Shown here: positions 17,069 through 30,890 of the stretch, in pieces | Numbering within the stretch: the stretch's first letter is position 1 | Layout: each line of letters begins with the position of its first letter | Assembly (NCBI GenBank): GCA_964016885.1 | Contig: OZ024748.1 | Coordinates: 60,140,001 to 60,204,000, forward strand | Length of the DNA: 64,000 nucleotides | DNA from: Eledone cirrhosa | Taxonomy: Eukaryota | Direction: 5' to 3' | Program-made: the position numbers and the translations under genes | The notes under the pieces: generated by a model | Database searches by the model: none | Told to the model about the DNA's origin: nothing | Seen by the model: only the letters and a program-made list of their open reading frames with translations

Positions 17069-17160
17069 ACATATTACATATGTTTCACTGTTGATCAGCT
17101 CGAGGAACGATCTATTATTGATCGAACCTGACTCTGTAATCGAAAGATCCTCAGGTATGC
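17069..17160 (-). ncRNA. Candidate hammerhead in TA-flanked island 17017-17186
   Basis: gcatac-CTGAGGA-tct..(long helix II)..agt-GAAA-catatg-TA-atatgt; palindromic helix III. Confidence 0.6.
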
Positions 17161-17203
17161 CTCGGTATGTAAGCTCCTTCCGGATTATATATATATATAT
17201 ATA

Positions 17204-18217
17204 TCTGTATATATATAAAATTAAGTATGTGTGTGTGTCTGTGTCTGTGTATTATCTATAGGGGCCTACATCTTACGACCGATTTTCATGAAACTTTACA
17301 GGCTCATAGATTAGTCATCGGGGAGTGTTTTCTATATATCAGCGTATCGTTTTCTTTTATTCCGGAGTCATTCTGCAGATAAAAATCAATAGGGGGTCAC
17401 CTTTTTTTAGGTATCGAAAAATAAGATTTTTGGCTCTAGCTCCCGTATTTTGCCACCGATTTAGTTCAAATTTTAAAGCAAAATAGAATTTATCATTTCA
17501 CATCCTGTAATGGCTTTATATTTTGAATTTGTTCTTCAGGGACAGCGTGGCAGCCGCTTAAATATTCAAAAAATACCACTTTTAGACTCAAATTTCCACT
17601 TTTTCGGCTCTAGCTCCCACATTAATCAACCTACTTAGTTCAAATTTTACACTACGCTAGATCTGATTATTTCACGTCTTAAAGTTGCTTTACATTTTGG
17701 ATTTATCTTTCTGGAAGGGCGTGGCAGCCGCTTAAATATTCGAAAATACCACCTTTTCGATCAAATATCCGCCTTTTCGGCTCTAGCTCCCACATTTTTC
17801 AACCGATTTCGTTCAAATTCGAAACTTCGGCTCCACCTCACACATAAATCAATTTATTTGGTTCAACCTTTATACCACGATAGAACCTATCATTGCACAG
17901 CTTATAGATCGTCAAAGGCAAAACGATGGCCACTGACGTCGTCTGAGCTTTTAGTTGTGTAGTTGAGAATTCATCGGTTTCTAATCAAGTAGCGTGAGGA
18001 AATTTGGCTTAGTGTTAGAGGTCATTACCTCCCTCCCTCAACATGCCCCTTCGCCAGTCACCCGCGTTTCTCAGTGATAGAGGTCATCACCACCCTCCCC
18101 CACATGGCCTGTGTGTGGCCATAGATGAGTCATCGAGAAACAGTCGCTAAGATCAACAACTTTTCACAATGCAGATATTATTTTACCTACTCAGGCAATG
18201 CTGGGTACTGCTGCTAG
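17204..18217 (+). mobile_element. Non-autonomous Helitron
   Basis: A|TC start (tctgtatatatataaaa), subterminal hairpin tactcag-gcaatg-ctgggta, CTAG|T end; internal repeats of about 174 bp. Confidence 0.85.
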
Positions 18218-18459
18218 TATATATATATATATATATATAAAGTAGATTGCGTTCGGTCGTGGTCAGACATCCAGCGACTTCCAGTAAATTGACTAACCAA
18301 CCGATTGTATTCATCTAATCAAAAGCAAACCAATTCACGGATATTCTGTAGAGGATTTAAATGCCCAGCAAAAGGAAGATTCTCTAATGTTCTCCATATT
18401 TTTCCAGGAATCAGTTAGCCTCATAATTCCTACCATCATCTGTTTTCGTATGAGATTTC

Positions 18460-18810
18460 CCCTCTGTATCTATTTAATATCGAATCTTGCAAAATATATT
18501 ATCTTCTCCACCTCTCTCTCTATTTAATATTTAACTCTACACAATTTCTCTCCTAACCCGTCTCTATCTGTTTAATATTTAACCTTACATAATTTTATTC
18601 ATCCCCCACGAACTCAATCTATTTAATATCAAACTCTATACAATTTATTTAATATTTAATATTTAACCCTCTCTATCAGATTAATATTAAACCTTAAACA
18701 TTTTATTTCCTACCCCTTCTCTATATTTGACCCTACACAACGTATTTCCTTCCCCTACTCTCTATCTATTAAATATTAAACCCTAAACAATTTATTCCTC
18801 CCCCTCTCGC
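18460..18810. repeat. Degenerate minisatellite (about 45-50 bp unit)
   Basis: Recurrent ctctctatctatttaatatttaaccctacacaattt. Confidence 0.7.
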
Positions 18811-19622
18811 CATCATGTCACCATTCGCTAAAAGCCCTGTGGGCATTTCACTGTCCTTTTGTTCCTTAAACAATGTAATTAAAAAGGGATACCCTTTAAT
18901 CATCTTTGATGTCATTAATTCTTCACCCTTTTAAAAGAAATGGCAGCCACTTCAAAGGAATCGTTTCTTCAAGAATATTTGTCGATAAAAGGCTAACATA
19001 GAATTCCTATGAAAGACCAAACAAAACAAGAAATGACCAATATATTCTTTTAACTTTGTCTAATAAAGGAATGGTATTATGTCGCACCAGGTGAGAAAAA
19101 AAATTATTGGCAAGAGTGTATGTTTGTGTAAATGCATATGAACCAGTGTGTGTTTGAGGGTCTGTATCTGTGTGTATGTGAGGATGTATGCCTGTCTGTG
19201 TGTGTGGTGCGTCGGTGTTTGTAAGTCTATTTGTCCTTGTGTGTGTATAAGCTGCGTGTGTAAGTGTATGTTTACAAGTGTTTCTATAATTTCGAGTGTG
19301 GGAGTATATATGGAAGCTTACCTCTCTCTCTGTGTTTGTGGTGCAATGAAAGTGCCAGTGGAACATATGTACATATGTGCGTGTGTAATCGTATGTATAT
19401 GTGATGCTAGTAAGTGTTTTACTATTCTGTATGATTTTACGTGCGTTTCTGTTGCATACATGTATTTGATGTAATTGTATGTGTGTGTTTATATGTGTTA
19501 GTTTGCAAGGAAGCGTCTATGTGTGTTGCAAGAATTCATTTTTAATTGAAGCAATAATTGTGTCGGCGTGTGTTTTTATATAAATGGGTGTGTGAATGTG
19601 TCTATATATATATATGTATATA

Positions 19623-19739
<117 letters not shown>

Positions 19740-19741
19740 TA

Positions 19742-20124
19742 TAGTAAACTAGGATAGAATACAATAACCAAAACACAGTCACCTGAACGCGAACACACAT
19801 CAAACACTATACACACACACAAACGTATGCGCAGAGAAGACAAAAGTAAATAAATAAACGGTTTAAATAAAGATGGCGTAGACATACAATACAACAGGAG
19901 GAAATATAATAGTACCACTGACGATGTTGCAGATGTGCAGCGAAAGAACTTTGTGTCTATATTATATCTGTATTTTTGACCGTTAGTCAGTCAATGGTAA
20001 ACATTGAGGACCGAATAAATTAACTGATATAAAAGATACAGAAGCGAAAACCAATCAAACAGTAAGTGTGTTCTGTTATTAATTCTGGCAACATTATTAC
20101 ACAAATATGACCCTCCCCAAGTAT

Positions 20125-20130
<6 letters not shown>
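19742..20130 (+). mobile_element. Diverged family B PLE 3' end with hammerhead (19914-19955)
   Basis: CTGACGA-t-gttgca-gatg-tgcagc-GAAA-gaac-TT; shares aagatggcgtag and the terminal atgaccctcc..aagtataacaat with family B. Confidence 0.8.
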
Positions 20131-20194
<64 letters not shown>

Positions 20195-20525
20195 CACATC
20201 AGATGAGAACACTGATATGTAGATTGATGAATATACCTTTGAAAGAAGTTGACAAAAATGGATGAAAAGTAAGGTTGAACTAATTCTTGTGAAGTATATT
20301 CAAACATGGATAATATTTCAAGTTCATTACATGAGTATCAGTGAGATATCGTAGCACATAAGTTTTAGTATATATATATATAATAACTAAAAAACTGATT
20401 AACATATAAATAAACATGAATAATCACAGGAGATCATTTTTACAAGTGTGTAACCACACATAGCTAGGTAGGTAACTACATAAAGTTGACCAGAACTTCA
20501 AAAATAGATACCTTATAATATGATT

Positions 20526-20713
20526 AATTGTTTCTACATTTGGCACAAGGCCAGCAATTACCCAGTGCATTACTGGTACTTTATTTTATCGACCCCGTAA
20601 GGATGAAAGGCAAAGTCAACCTCGGCGGGATTTGAACTCAGATCGTAAAGGGACGTAACTATGCTGGAAAGCATGGCGTCCGACCCTCTACCGATACTGC
20701 CAATCCACCGCCC
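20526..20713 (-). mobile_element. S1 SINE, full length with target-site duplication
   Basis: ccttataatatgattaat repeated at 20511 and 20712. Confidence 0.93.
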
Positions 20714-20909
20714 TTATAATATGATTAATCTTCCCTGTATATATTCCATTAAAGAAATATATTTCACCAATTAATCGGATGGTAAACCACGGAAGTGGAT
20801 ACTTGGGTTTTCAACAAAGAAGAAGTTCCAGCGATCCGTGTTTACACTTCAAGTTCAAATCAGTGACTGGCCAGTAACACGTGCTATATCTACTAAAAAT
20901 ACACACATC

Positions 20910-21195
20910 ACACTAGCTTCGTCCCAGTGGCGTGAATAGGGTTATCGACAACTAGAAACAGCAGTCGAGTCCTTTCAACAGAGTTAGCTCCACAATTAAG
21001 GAGCCGTATTTATATATCTATATCCAAAATTAAGATAAATCAAATGAATTTAATTCAAATCAAAATTATGGGTGTCATGCCAGAAAGACATGCGCCATAT
21101 CACCCGCAAAATGTCTTTCTGGCATGACACCCATAATTTTGATTTGGATTAAATTCATTTGATTTATCTTAATTTTGGATATATATATATACGGC
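20910..21195 (+). mobile_element. PLE-like end with downstream inverted repeat
   Basis: cta-GAAA-cagcag-TC at 20952-20966; inverted repeat 21003-21091/21111-21195. Confidence 0.55.
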
Positions 21196-21249
21196 CGGAC
21201 TATACGTTTATCCCTATGTGTATTATTTACATGCAGGAACATATACTTT

Positions 21250-21359
<110 letters not shown>

Positions 21360-21558
21360 GTATATATATATGTATGTATGTGTGTGTGCGTATCTGAGTG
21401 AATGCCATTTATCTCCTCATCTGAATTTCACTCTACCATTTTGGGTGTTTGTGATGAGTACATGTGTCTGTGTTTGTGTGTATGAATGCGTGCCTGTGAA
21501 TGTGTTTGTTTGTGTGTGTGTGTGATTGTGTGTGTGTCTATATTCAGCATATATTTTA

Positions 21559-21693
21559 TAGAGAGTCGGGACCCGACGGCTGAGCTTTTTGCCATTTCGA
21601 TAGCTAAATCCAGACTCTGTAACATAGTTACACACTACTATATTAAGTATCGAGTACTCTGGTCAATAACGGTCCTTATTATTTCAAAACTGG
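21559..21693 (+). mobile_element. Old family A-related copy
   Basis: gacccgacggctgagct..tttcgatagcta arm, then taagtatcgagtactctggt tail. Confidence 0.6.
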
Positions 21694-21754
21694 TAAAAAC
21701 CAGGAATGAGACCTTAACGTTCAAGATTTACCTGGATATATGAATTAACTTATA

Positions 21755-21946
21755 AAAAAAAAGGCTTCTACTGGACTAGAACTGTTTCATTCGGGAGAGA
21801 TCATCAGACTTCCTGATGATTTCCCCTGAATGAAACAGTTCTAGTCCTGTAGAAGCCTTTTCTATATTAACTATGTATACTCTGCTTTGTATTGACTACC
21901 TTACTTACTGTGGTTACCCCCGATTGAACCCGAGATAAACACAGAC
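21755..21946 (+). mobile_element. PLE end with head-to-head hammerheads
   Basis: Inverted repeat 21758-21807/21813-21861; plus strand CTGATGA-tttcccctgaat-GAAA-cag-TT-ctagtc, mirrored on minus. Confidence 0.75.
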
Positions 21947-22215
21947 ATATATATATATATATATATAAATGAGACGTATAGAGATTGTTTTAGCAAGAAG
22001 CTAACGGCATTCTATAACATATATGCGACTATAACGTCAAGATGGGAAAAGTAGTTAACGAAAGATTTAGGAAAAATAACTCAAGCTCATCTCAAAAGAG
22101 AATCAGGATACAAATTCATCCACAGAATTTAGTAAAATCCATGGAAAAATCTATAGACCTTTAACTCATGATAAAACAAAGTTTGAAACACTTATCCTTC
22201 AATTTGGAATAACAT

Positions 22216-22278
<63 letters not shown>

Positions 22279-23077
22279 CATATAATATACGGCTGGGAGG
22301 CAGGAATGTACGTTGTATACTGAATTATTTTCTTTTAATGGTGTGTGTGGGTGTTATTTCGTGACATTTATAAAATTAATAATCCCTCATTAACGTTTCA
22401 CTTCATGAATTTCTAATTACATAATGCTGTTGACTCTATTCACAAACTCCCTTTTTAGCTCTTAGAATGAACATCATGCCCAGTGATCTCTCATGGGGAC
22501 ATTAGCAAATATCTCGCCCCAACACCTACCTCTACATACACACACACCCTCTCTCTCTCTCTTTCTCTCTCTAACCTTATTCTAAACGCTGCGATGCCAT
22601 TATAAAACTACATTATCGACCACCAATCCTTTCTTTCTCCAATCACATTTGAAATCACACAGTAGGGACACAATCAACATGTTATCGATAAATTAAGCCC
22701 AACCATCCATGTTCTGCAAGCAATGCGCTGATTTTACCGGGTAAATAACTTATATCAATGGCTATTTCCTCTGAACGACTAAATGTAATAGAACGCTATT
22801 TGCTGTGACAATGTACAAAGCACGCTTTGGTGTCTGTAAAGACATTGATTCATTCTAAATATCTCTGTGCAAATAGATCAGTTCTCTAATGGAAGATGCG
22901 ATATTGCTGGACAATTAAATGAGAACATCTATATATCATTGCCAAAGACAACAACACGATGGTAAATATATTTAAAATGATTTAGATTTATGCAAATAAA
23001 TCGAACATACGTAACAATTGTAGTTATACATAACACATCCATGCATATATACACCCACACACATCATATATATATAT

Positions 23078-23266
23078 ATGAAGATATTCAGGAACCTGAC
23101 GGCTGAGTTCCCGCCGTGTGGAGGGCTAGATCGGATCTAGCTGTCGAAGCGGCGGAGCTCAACCCACAGAGTTCTGAATCTCTTCATATTACCCACTCTA
23201 CTACCCCAAGTATCGAGTACTCTGGTGGGTTATGGTCCACCTGGTATTTTACCACATGCTATCTGA
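23078..23266 (+). mobile_element. Diverged family A fold-back copy
   Basis: Hairpin centred gctagatc-g-gatctagc; tail ttacccactctactaccccaagtatcgagtactctgg. Confidence 0.75.
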
Positions 23267-23326
23267 TATTTATATATATTTTCTTTTTACCATACATTAT
23301 CTGATATATATACTTTATATATATAT

Positions 23327-23368
<42 letters not shown>

Positions 23369-23594
23369 CACATATGTATATATTCAACCTACCTTCGTAT
23401 ATAACCAGGCAGCAATATCATCATCAAATGTTGAACAAGGTTTCGCGGTTTAACTTAAGCGCCTGCGCAGACCGGTGGGGGTGAATTGGTACTCACAGGG
23501 GAACGGATGAAGAACCCAAAAGCACACATTTCGTCCGTTCCCATGTCGATTCAACTTGGATTGCATCGGAAACATAACCTTATTATGTAACAAA

Positions 23595-23666
23595 CTGTCT
23601 GATGATGTCACGACACTCGCACACAGAACAATGTGGCCAGTGTCGTCATTGAAATATATATCACAG
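23595..23666 (+). ncRNA. Type I hammerhead in PLE-like island 23385-23735
   Basis: ctgt-CTGATGA-tgtca-cgacact..agtgtcg-tcatt-GAAA-tatata-TC-acag. Confidence 0.82.
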
Positions 23667-24344
23667 CATTATTATTAAAGGACTTGAACATCTGAAACTA
23701 CTTCGCTTTTGCTTATTCGACATTATTCAACATATATAAATTACAGAAGCGGTAGGAATCAAACCCCCAATTCCCCTTTTTAGTCAGAATCTGCGGTGTA
23801 AAACCAATTTATCTAGAATACTACAATAACAATAATTAATATTAGAACATTTTAACATTTACAATCAATGTATATATATATATATATATATAAAGTAACG
23901 ACAGAGCGCAATGAAGAAATATATTCGTTTTATTCTTGATGTAGTGGGATTACACACACACATATGTGTGTATGTATGTACGTATGTATGTAAATGAGCG
24001 TTTGTGTGTATGTATTTTTGCGTATTTTCGTATGAATGTTAATGTGGTTTCGTGCTTGTTCACACCCACATACAAACATATATATATATATATATACACA
24101 CACATCTATGCACATACATGTAGGTTTATATACATGTATATATACACACACACGCATACACATATGTAAACACAGGAATATATACACACACATACATACA
24201 TATATATACACACACACACATACGCACATACATATATGTACACATACACACACATATATATATATAGATACATATATACACACATACACACATATATATA
24301 CATAGATACATATATACACACGCACACTCACACATACACACATA

Positions 24345-24394
<50 letters not shown>

Positions 24395-24693
24395 ATGGGT
24401 AAGCGCAGTGTGTTAATCTTTTCTGTAAAGTCATTACAACAAGTTTATTAGCCAATATGACGCCGTGTGACGAACACAATTACATTTCTGTTAACACAGT
24501 AAAATGTTGAGTTCCCCGTAACAGTGTCTCTATATTTATTATTGTCGTTACTTCAAAGTACTGGTATCTCTTACCTACATTTCTTTTACCAATTAATCTA
24601 CCTGTGCTGAAATGTGTCTCCGAATCAGTGAGAAATGTAATTATGCAGGAATACGTGAGATGTCGATATAATATATATATATATATATATCAT

Positions 24694-24731
<38 letters not shown>

Positions 24732-24776
24732 TCAAAGAAAGGAATGTTGGTTGAATATATGTGTGTGTGTGTCTGT

Positions 24777-24850
<74 letters not shown>

Positions 24851-24872
24851 TGGTAGCTAAGATGCTACCATA

Positions 24873-25157
24873 GCCGGTATGCCAGTTGAGCACTCTATGC
24901 TCTTACAGAGCAGAGTATGATAGAATAGAAAGCGAAAAATCAGTGATGCATCTGAACTCAATTTATTGTGTTACAATTCTTTCGCCGGCGAAGAGAGAAT
25001 ATGCTCCGAAATCATTAGACGTGTCCGTCGAACCTGCGGGTCCAGATTCAGACAGATCCACACAATGATCGCGTCTCGAGCTGTCCGCCGGCGAAACAAT
25101 TGTAACACACATTAAATTGAGTTCAGATGCATCACTGATTTTTCATTTTCTATTTTA
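24873..25157 (-). mobile_element. Fold-back half-hammerhead element
   Basis: Inverted repeat 24921-24990/25086-25157; cgccggc-GAAA-caattg-TA-acac; 95-nt spacer. Confidence 0.7.
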
Positions 25158-25390
25158 TATATATATATATATAAATAAATACAATATCGAAAAGGCTTTT
25201 TAGCGATACTCCGGCCAAATTCCAACTCACTCAACAAACATTAGGAAATAAGTGATTATATTCCCAATTATGCGTTCGGGGTGCTAACTAAAAGTATTGC
25301 GTGGAAAATTGGCTGTATTATTTCATATGAGACATATCAAATATATCTCTTTCCATATATATGTATATATATATATATATATAAAATATA

Positions 25391-25441
<51 letters not shown>

Positions 25442-25630
25442 TGCATATATATATATATTTATATAATATATGCATATATATATATGTATATTTATATTTA
25501 TATTTATATAATATATGCATATATATATATATGTATATTTATATTTATATAATATATGCATATATATATATGTATATTTATATTTATATAATATATGCAT
25601 ATATATATATATTTATATTTATATAATATA

Positions 25631-25726
<96 letters not shown>

Positions 25727-26568
25727 CATATATAATATATACATATATAATATATATATATAATATATACATATATAATAATTGGTTCAATTCACTCGCA
25801 ATGAATACACACACACATTTGTGTTTGTGTGTGCATGCATGTGTGCATGCGTGTGTGTGTGTGATGTGTTTATATGAATACATGTATTTATATTTCTACA
25901 CATGCCTACTTCCTGACAATGTATGATCAAGCCCGCCTCTTCCACCCAACATCCTCCACACCAAACTGTAAAACCATTATGCATATATAGTTTCTATAAT
26001 TTAAAAATGAGATAACTTCACCTTTGCTCTCTTTTTGTGATAATCAAGTACCAGATATTTTCATCTACTTCATCTATTTCAGTGTATTAAACCACAACGG
26101 ACGATTTTAATGCAATCATTATTTCATTGCGACTGAAAGTTTAATAGTTTATCATTGCAATGGGTTTGAAAGAACTATAGAAAGGTGGTAAGTTTGGTAG
26201 GTAGTAAGCTTGGACGTGAGGATGATGCTGCAAAGCTGAAACTGGGGAACGTTGGACGTTGGTAAGATTTAATGCTCATAGAAGTAATAAATATTTCTAT
26301 AAACAATCAAATAAATATTTGTGGCCCTCAGAATATATGTCATTTGATTTCTAAATATCAATGATAATCTGATACTGTAGTGATGGTTATTAATGTATTC
26401 TGGTAAATAAATATATACATAAATACCAGGTCAGAACACAATAGAACCAAACACCCACTGTCACTGCCTCCATCTCATTAGCTGGCTGCTTCCTTGATTG
26501 AAATACTCGATCACTGATTGCCTAAATCAATGGAGATCCATTCATTCAATATTATTATGTTAGTAACA

Positions 26569-26762
26569 GGGCGGTGGATTGGCAGTATCGGTAGAGGGTC
26601 GGATGCCATGCATTGACGCATTGAGTTATGGCCCTTGCCATTCTGAGTTCAAATCCCGCCGAGGTTAACTTTGTCTTTCATCCTTACGGTGATCGATAAA
26701 ATAAAGTATCAGTAATACACTGGGATAATTGCTGGCCTTGTGCCAAAAGTAGAAACAATTGT
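26569..26762 (+). mobile_element. S1 SINE, full length with target-site duplication
   Basis: atgttagtaa at 26557 and 26764. Confidence 0.93.
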
Positions 26763-26799
26763 GATGTTAGTAATGGACATGTGGTTTGAATGTCTCATG

Positions 26800-27026
26800 A
26801 ATGAATAACTGGACATATTCTACGGCTAAAACTAACCAGCAGGATGGTTGGATAACCCCGAGCAAGATGGTTTGATAACAGACATGAGCCTGGCTGGACT
26901 CACTTGAGGATCCTCCCGGATCGGTTAGAGGCGGTTTCTTCTGACAGGACCCGCTGGAAGGAATGTTTCAGAACTCTTCCCACCCCTCGGTCCTCTCAGG
27001 AATAAATGGACTAAGAAGAAGAAGAA
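26800..27026 (+). pseudogene. RTE-type LINE 3' fragment
   Basis: GHILR..G*PRARWFDN resembles RTE ORF C-terminus; (AAG)n tail. Confidence 0.65.
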
Positions 27027-27104
27027 ATATTGTAGAAACATAAAGATTTAATTAATGTTAAGGTTACAGCCATAGCAGTAACCACTATAAGACAAAATAG
27101 TGAA

Positions 27105-27290
27105 GGGCGGTCAATTGGCAGTATCGGTAGAGGGACCGACGCCGTGCTTTCCAGCATAGTTACGTCCCTTTACGGTCTGATTTCAAATTCCGTCGAGGTT
27201 AACTTTGCCTTTCATCCTTACGAGGTCGATAAAATAAAGTACTAGTAATGTACTGGAGTAATTGCTGGCCTTGTGCCCAAAGTAGAAACA
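27105..27290 (+). mobile_element. S1 SINE
   Basis: Full head, core and tail; imperfect flanking duplication actataagacaaaata/actatacgacaatata. Confidence 0.9.
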
Positions 27291-27889
27291 ACTATACGAC
27301 AATATATGTATTGCGGAGATCTGTGTATTTTCTGTTGTTCTATAAATCTTGTAAAACCATGTACTTTGACACTTTACTATTTATTCTATTCATTGTAGTT
27401 GAAATGTTTACAGTTTAGAAAGTTTTATAGGATAGCATTTAATTTATATAGAAGACATATCAGTTACCACATTTTGTCACTAATTTCTGGCTGAAGTAGA
27501 GATGTCATTTATATATGATATATAAACATTGGGATTTACGTTTAAAACTGACAAATCACAGAGGCCAAACAAGTGCAATGTAAAGAATTGTTACCATGGC
27601 TGCTTAATATTGACTGCGTCCCATTGGTAAATAATGGTTGCTTCCATGATAGATGACGTCGTTAGAGCAACACTGAATATCTCCTCTTCATATAGTGTAG
27701 TTAAATTATACATTCAGGTGAAACAAATCTCTATCTGTTATACCAACACATGGAAACACTCAGCAATGAGACCATTCTACCAGTGTCTACAACCGTGTAT
27801 TTTTCTTAACATGCTATAATATTTGAGAGTGAAATATGTTTGTCGAAAAAAAAATACTATCCACTCTCAGATTATAAGAATCATCCAAC

Positions 27890-28140
27890 ACATCTCAGAC
27901 AAATTCCTGGTCTTGTACTGAGGCATTTTATCCATCGAAAGTTCATACATCCTTGTTGAACATTGTGTTTGTGAATATTGTGTTATATTCTGTCACGCTG
28001 CATCTTCTCTGATAACTAGGTTAAAACTACACGTGTCTGTGGAATGAATACTAACTCACCTGCACGTTAATTCAACGAGCAAGCTGTACCATTGATGGAA
28101 TCGCTTGGAACATTCAACATAGATACTGACGGAGATCCAA
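27890..28140 (-). mobile_element. Old interspersed repeat (SINE-like 3' part)
   Basis: Distant reverse-complement homology to 60670-60800. Confidence 0.6.
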
Positions 28141-28585
28141 CATTCAGAAACACAGTTCTTCATAGGAGCACATGTCGTGTAGCTTCAAAGGTTTATTTTT
28201 GTCTCCTTTTTATCACGTTAACAGTTTGCATCTTCAGGAGAGTTGAATTAGTGAAGTTCTTTAACGAGATTCAAACGATTCCTTGTGGACATTGGTCGGC
28301 CTCTGGGCATTAATGAAAGGTTTGCTTTTATATTTTTGGAGGAATATCTAAATGCCTTAGGGCCCGAACTCCTAAAAAACGTAATTTTGTAATGGCCTTT
28401 CATCTAGATTTTAGGAAACCTGGAAGAATCAAAGAACTGGTGGTGGTATGTATAGTATGGATGTGGTGATGGGGGAGTAAATGTTCTGGAATTCCTTAAT
28501 ACCATTTTATAAAAATTATCAGATAGACTTGTGTTATTTCTAGGAGGTTTGTTTAAAATTGCATATTACTATGGCAGGTTAAAAA

Positions 28586-28830
28586 TACGAGGGTCGACTG
28601 AAAAGTTCATAGATTGATTACGAAGGAGTGATGCTAGAGCTTGGAAATCTTGCATGCATTAATTTTAACCTTTCTTATTGACAATAAAGCACATTTGGTC
28701 ATTCCATGTAAGTTTCTTGTTCAGCCTACGAAGTGCTCAGCCGACATGTGTCTGCTAGTCACACGAGCAGAAGGACGTGTTTTTCTTGCCGGCGGTATAT
28801 CACAAAATCGATTTTCATCTGAGGATACCG
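28586..28830 (+). mobile_element. Mariner-type DNA transposon end
   Basis: TA followed by CGAGGGTCGACTGAAAAGTTC, a typical mariner TIR start; partner TIR not seen. Confidence 0.6.
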
Positions 28831-29006
28831 TTCTCATAGCAACAAAAAATGCATCAATTACATCTTGATTGCATGGAAGAACCGTTGAAATAATTATAAT
28901 GAATAAACGATGTATGTAACATCAGCATCTTTATTAATGTTGTTATATATATATATTTTAATAGGAGTAGAAGATCGACTGCGAACTCGGTGGGTTCGGC
29001 TAGTTA

Positions 29007-29127
<121 letters not shown>

Positions 29128-29152
29128 ACACACACAGAGACATATAAATATA

Positions 29153-29275
29153 TGTATCTCCCCTCAAGGAGAATACAGATGGTGAAATGGTCTAGAGTTA
29201 CGTCAATTATACTGGAGTTGCTGACAGATCTGCACACACTATACTGATTACATAATGAAGTTTCCATCTCATATA
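29153..29275 (+). mobile_element. Possible truncated PLE end (hammerhead 3' half)
   Basis: Hairpin gtatctc..gagaatac then atggt-GAAA-tgg-TC. Confidence 0.35.
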
Positions 29276-29589
29276 TTACTTCCACTGTATCTCTACTTCC
29301 CCATCCACTGCACTTCCACTGTATCTTCTCAGTACTGCTACTTATTTATTCTCTTCATACTATATTGCTTGTCATCGTTATCAAGTAAAGAGATAATTTT
29401 TCTGATAAAACTCTATTATTGATTTAGTCTGATGTACCCTTCAGTAAAAATCTCTGACTGATATTAAGCAACTAAAGTATGTTTCATGGTAAACTGTTAA
29501 GTTAATGAGTGCATAATATTATCTTTATTATTTATCTTGGAATAATCTTATATTTCTTGCTTGCTTTCACTGCGGATGTTAACACAGTA

Positions 29590-30185
29590 CTGTGTGCATT
29601 GGTTAATGTGCATTCGCTACTCTGCATGCGTGGCTGTGCATCGCTAGTATGCATTAGCTAGTGTGCAATTGTTTTTGTGTATCGCTAGTCTGCATAACCT
29701 AATGTACATCGTTAGTGTGTATATTTCTAGTGTGCATTCGTTAGTCTGCATACGCTGCTGTGCATCGCTAGTGTGCATTCGCTACTGTACATTTATTCGT
29801 ATGTATCGTTACGGTGCATTCGCTAGTGTACTGTCTTTGTGTATATCACTAGTGTGTATTTGTTTGTGCATATCTTTAGAGTGCATTCGCTAGTGCGTAT
29901 ACTCAAATGTACATTCGCTAATGTATATTGCTAATATGCATCACTAGTGTGTACTTGTTGGTGGGCAATGATAGTGTGCATTCGCTAATGTATATTGCTA
30001 ACATGCATCACTAGTGTGTACTTGTTAGGTGGATATCACTAGTGTGCATTTGTTAGTGTGCATTCGCTAGTGAGCATCACTAGTGTGCATCTGTTAACGT
30101 ACATTCAACAGTGTATATTTGCAAGTGTGCATCGTTAGTGAGCATTCGCCGCGTACAATCGGTGTGTGCATTCGCTACACGCACT
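29590..30185. repeat. Degenerate minisatellite (gtgtgcattcgcta)n
   Basis: Repeated unit of about 14 bp. Confidence 0.85.
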
Positions 30186-30890
30186 GGTGTGTATCTATGC
30201 TGTTGTTATATGTCAGCAATACGTATCAATGATATTTATTTAACGGTGTGTATAAGTCTATGCCCTGCAGGATATTGGAAGCAATGTCTTTCTCTGTATT
30301 TTTATTGAATCATTCTCCCATCATACGGATTGTTTCTAGCTTCAAATCCCGCGTTCGTGGCTATTTCTATTATCAGATCTTTGCATATGGATTGTTTCAC
30401 CATTTCAGTTCGAAATAGATACACCATCGTCTTTTGGGACTGATATTCCGTTTATCAGGCCCTTCCTGTTATTGTCCGTCTTTAACTACAACATCCGGTA
30501 AATTTGTCTCCTCTCTATCTCTCTCTTCACATCTCTCTTCCATCTCACTCTCTCTCTCTCTTTTTTCATCTCTTTCTCCCCCTCCATCTCCTCCTCTCTA
30601 TATGTCCATAAATATATCTCGATGTTTTGATGTCGTTGATTCTGTTGTTGTTCTGTCTCTTAACGTTCTGTGTTTATATCTCACCGTCGTCAAAATCTTT
30701 TTTTTTTTTCTTTTTTCTATTTTTTTTATCAATTACGTCATCAGCTGTCAATAAATTTAAATATAAAAAAGGTGCATAGAAGAATAAAAGTATGATACAC
30801 TATTTACAAAGAAGAGAATAACAAAGTTCTTAGGAATGGAATGAGGTGGTTATCACCACTGGCCTTGTACCTAAAGTAGAAATAGTGATT

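Noticed and set aside
28092-28313. Possible decayed mariner transposase ORF
   Set aside because: Its first part is better explained as the reverse strand of the repeat also seen at 60670; no WVP or DDD motifs
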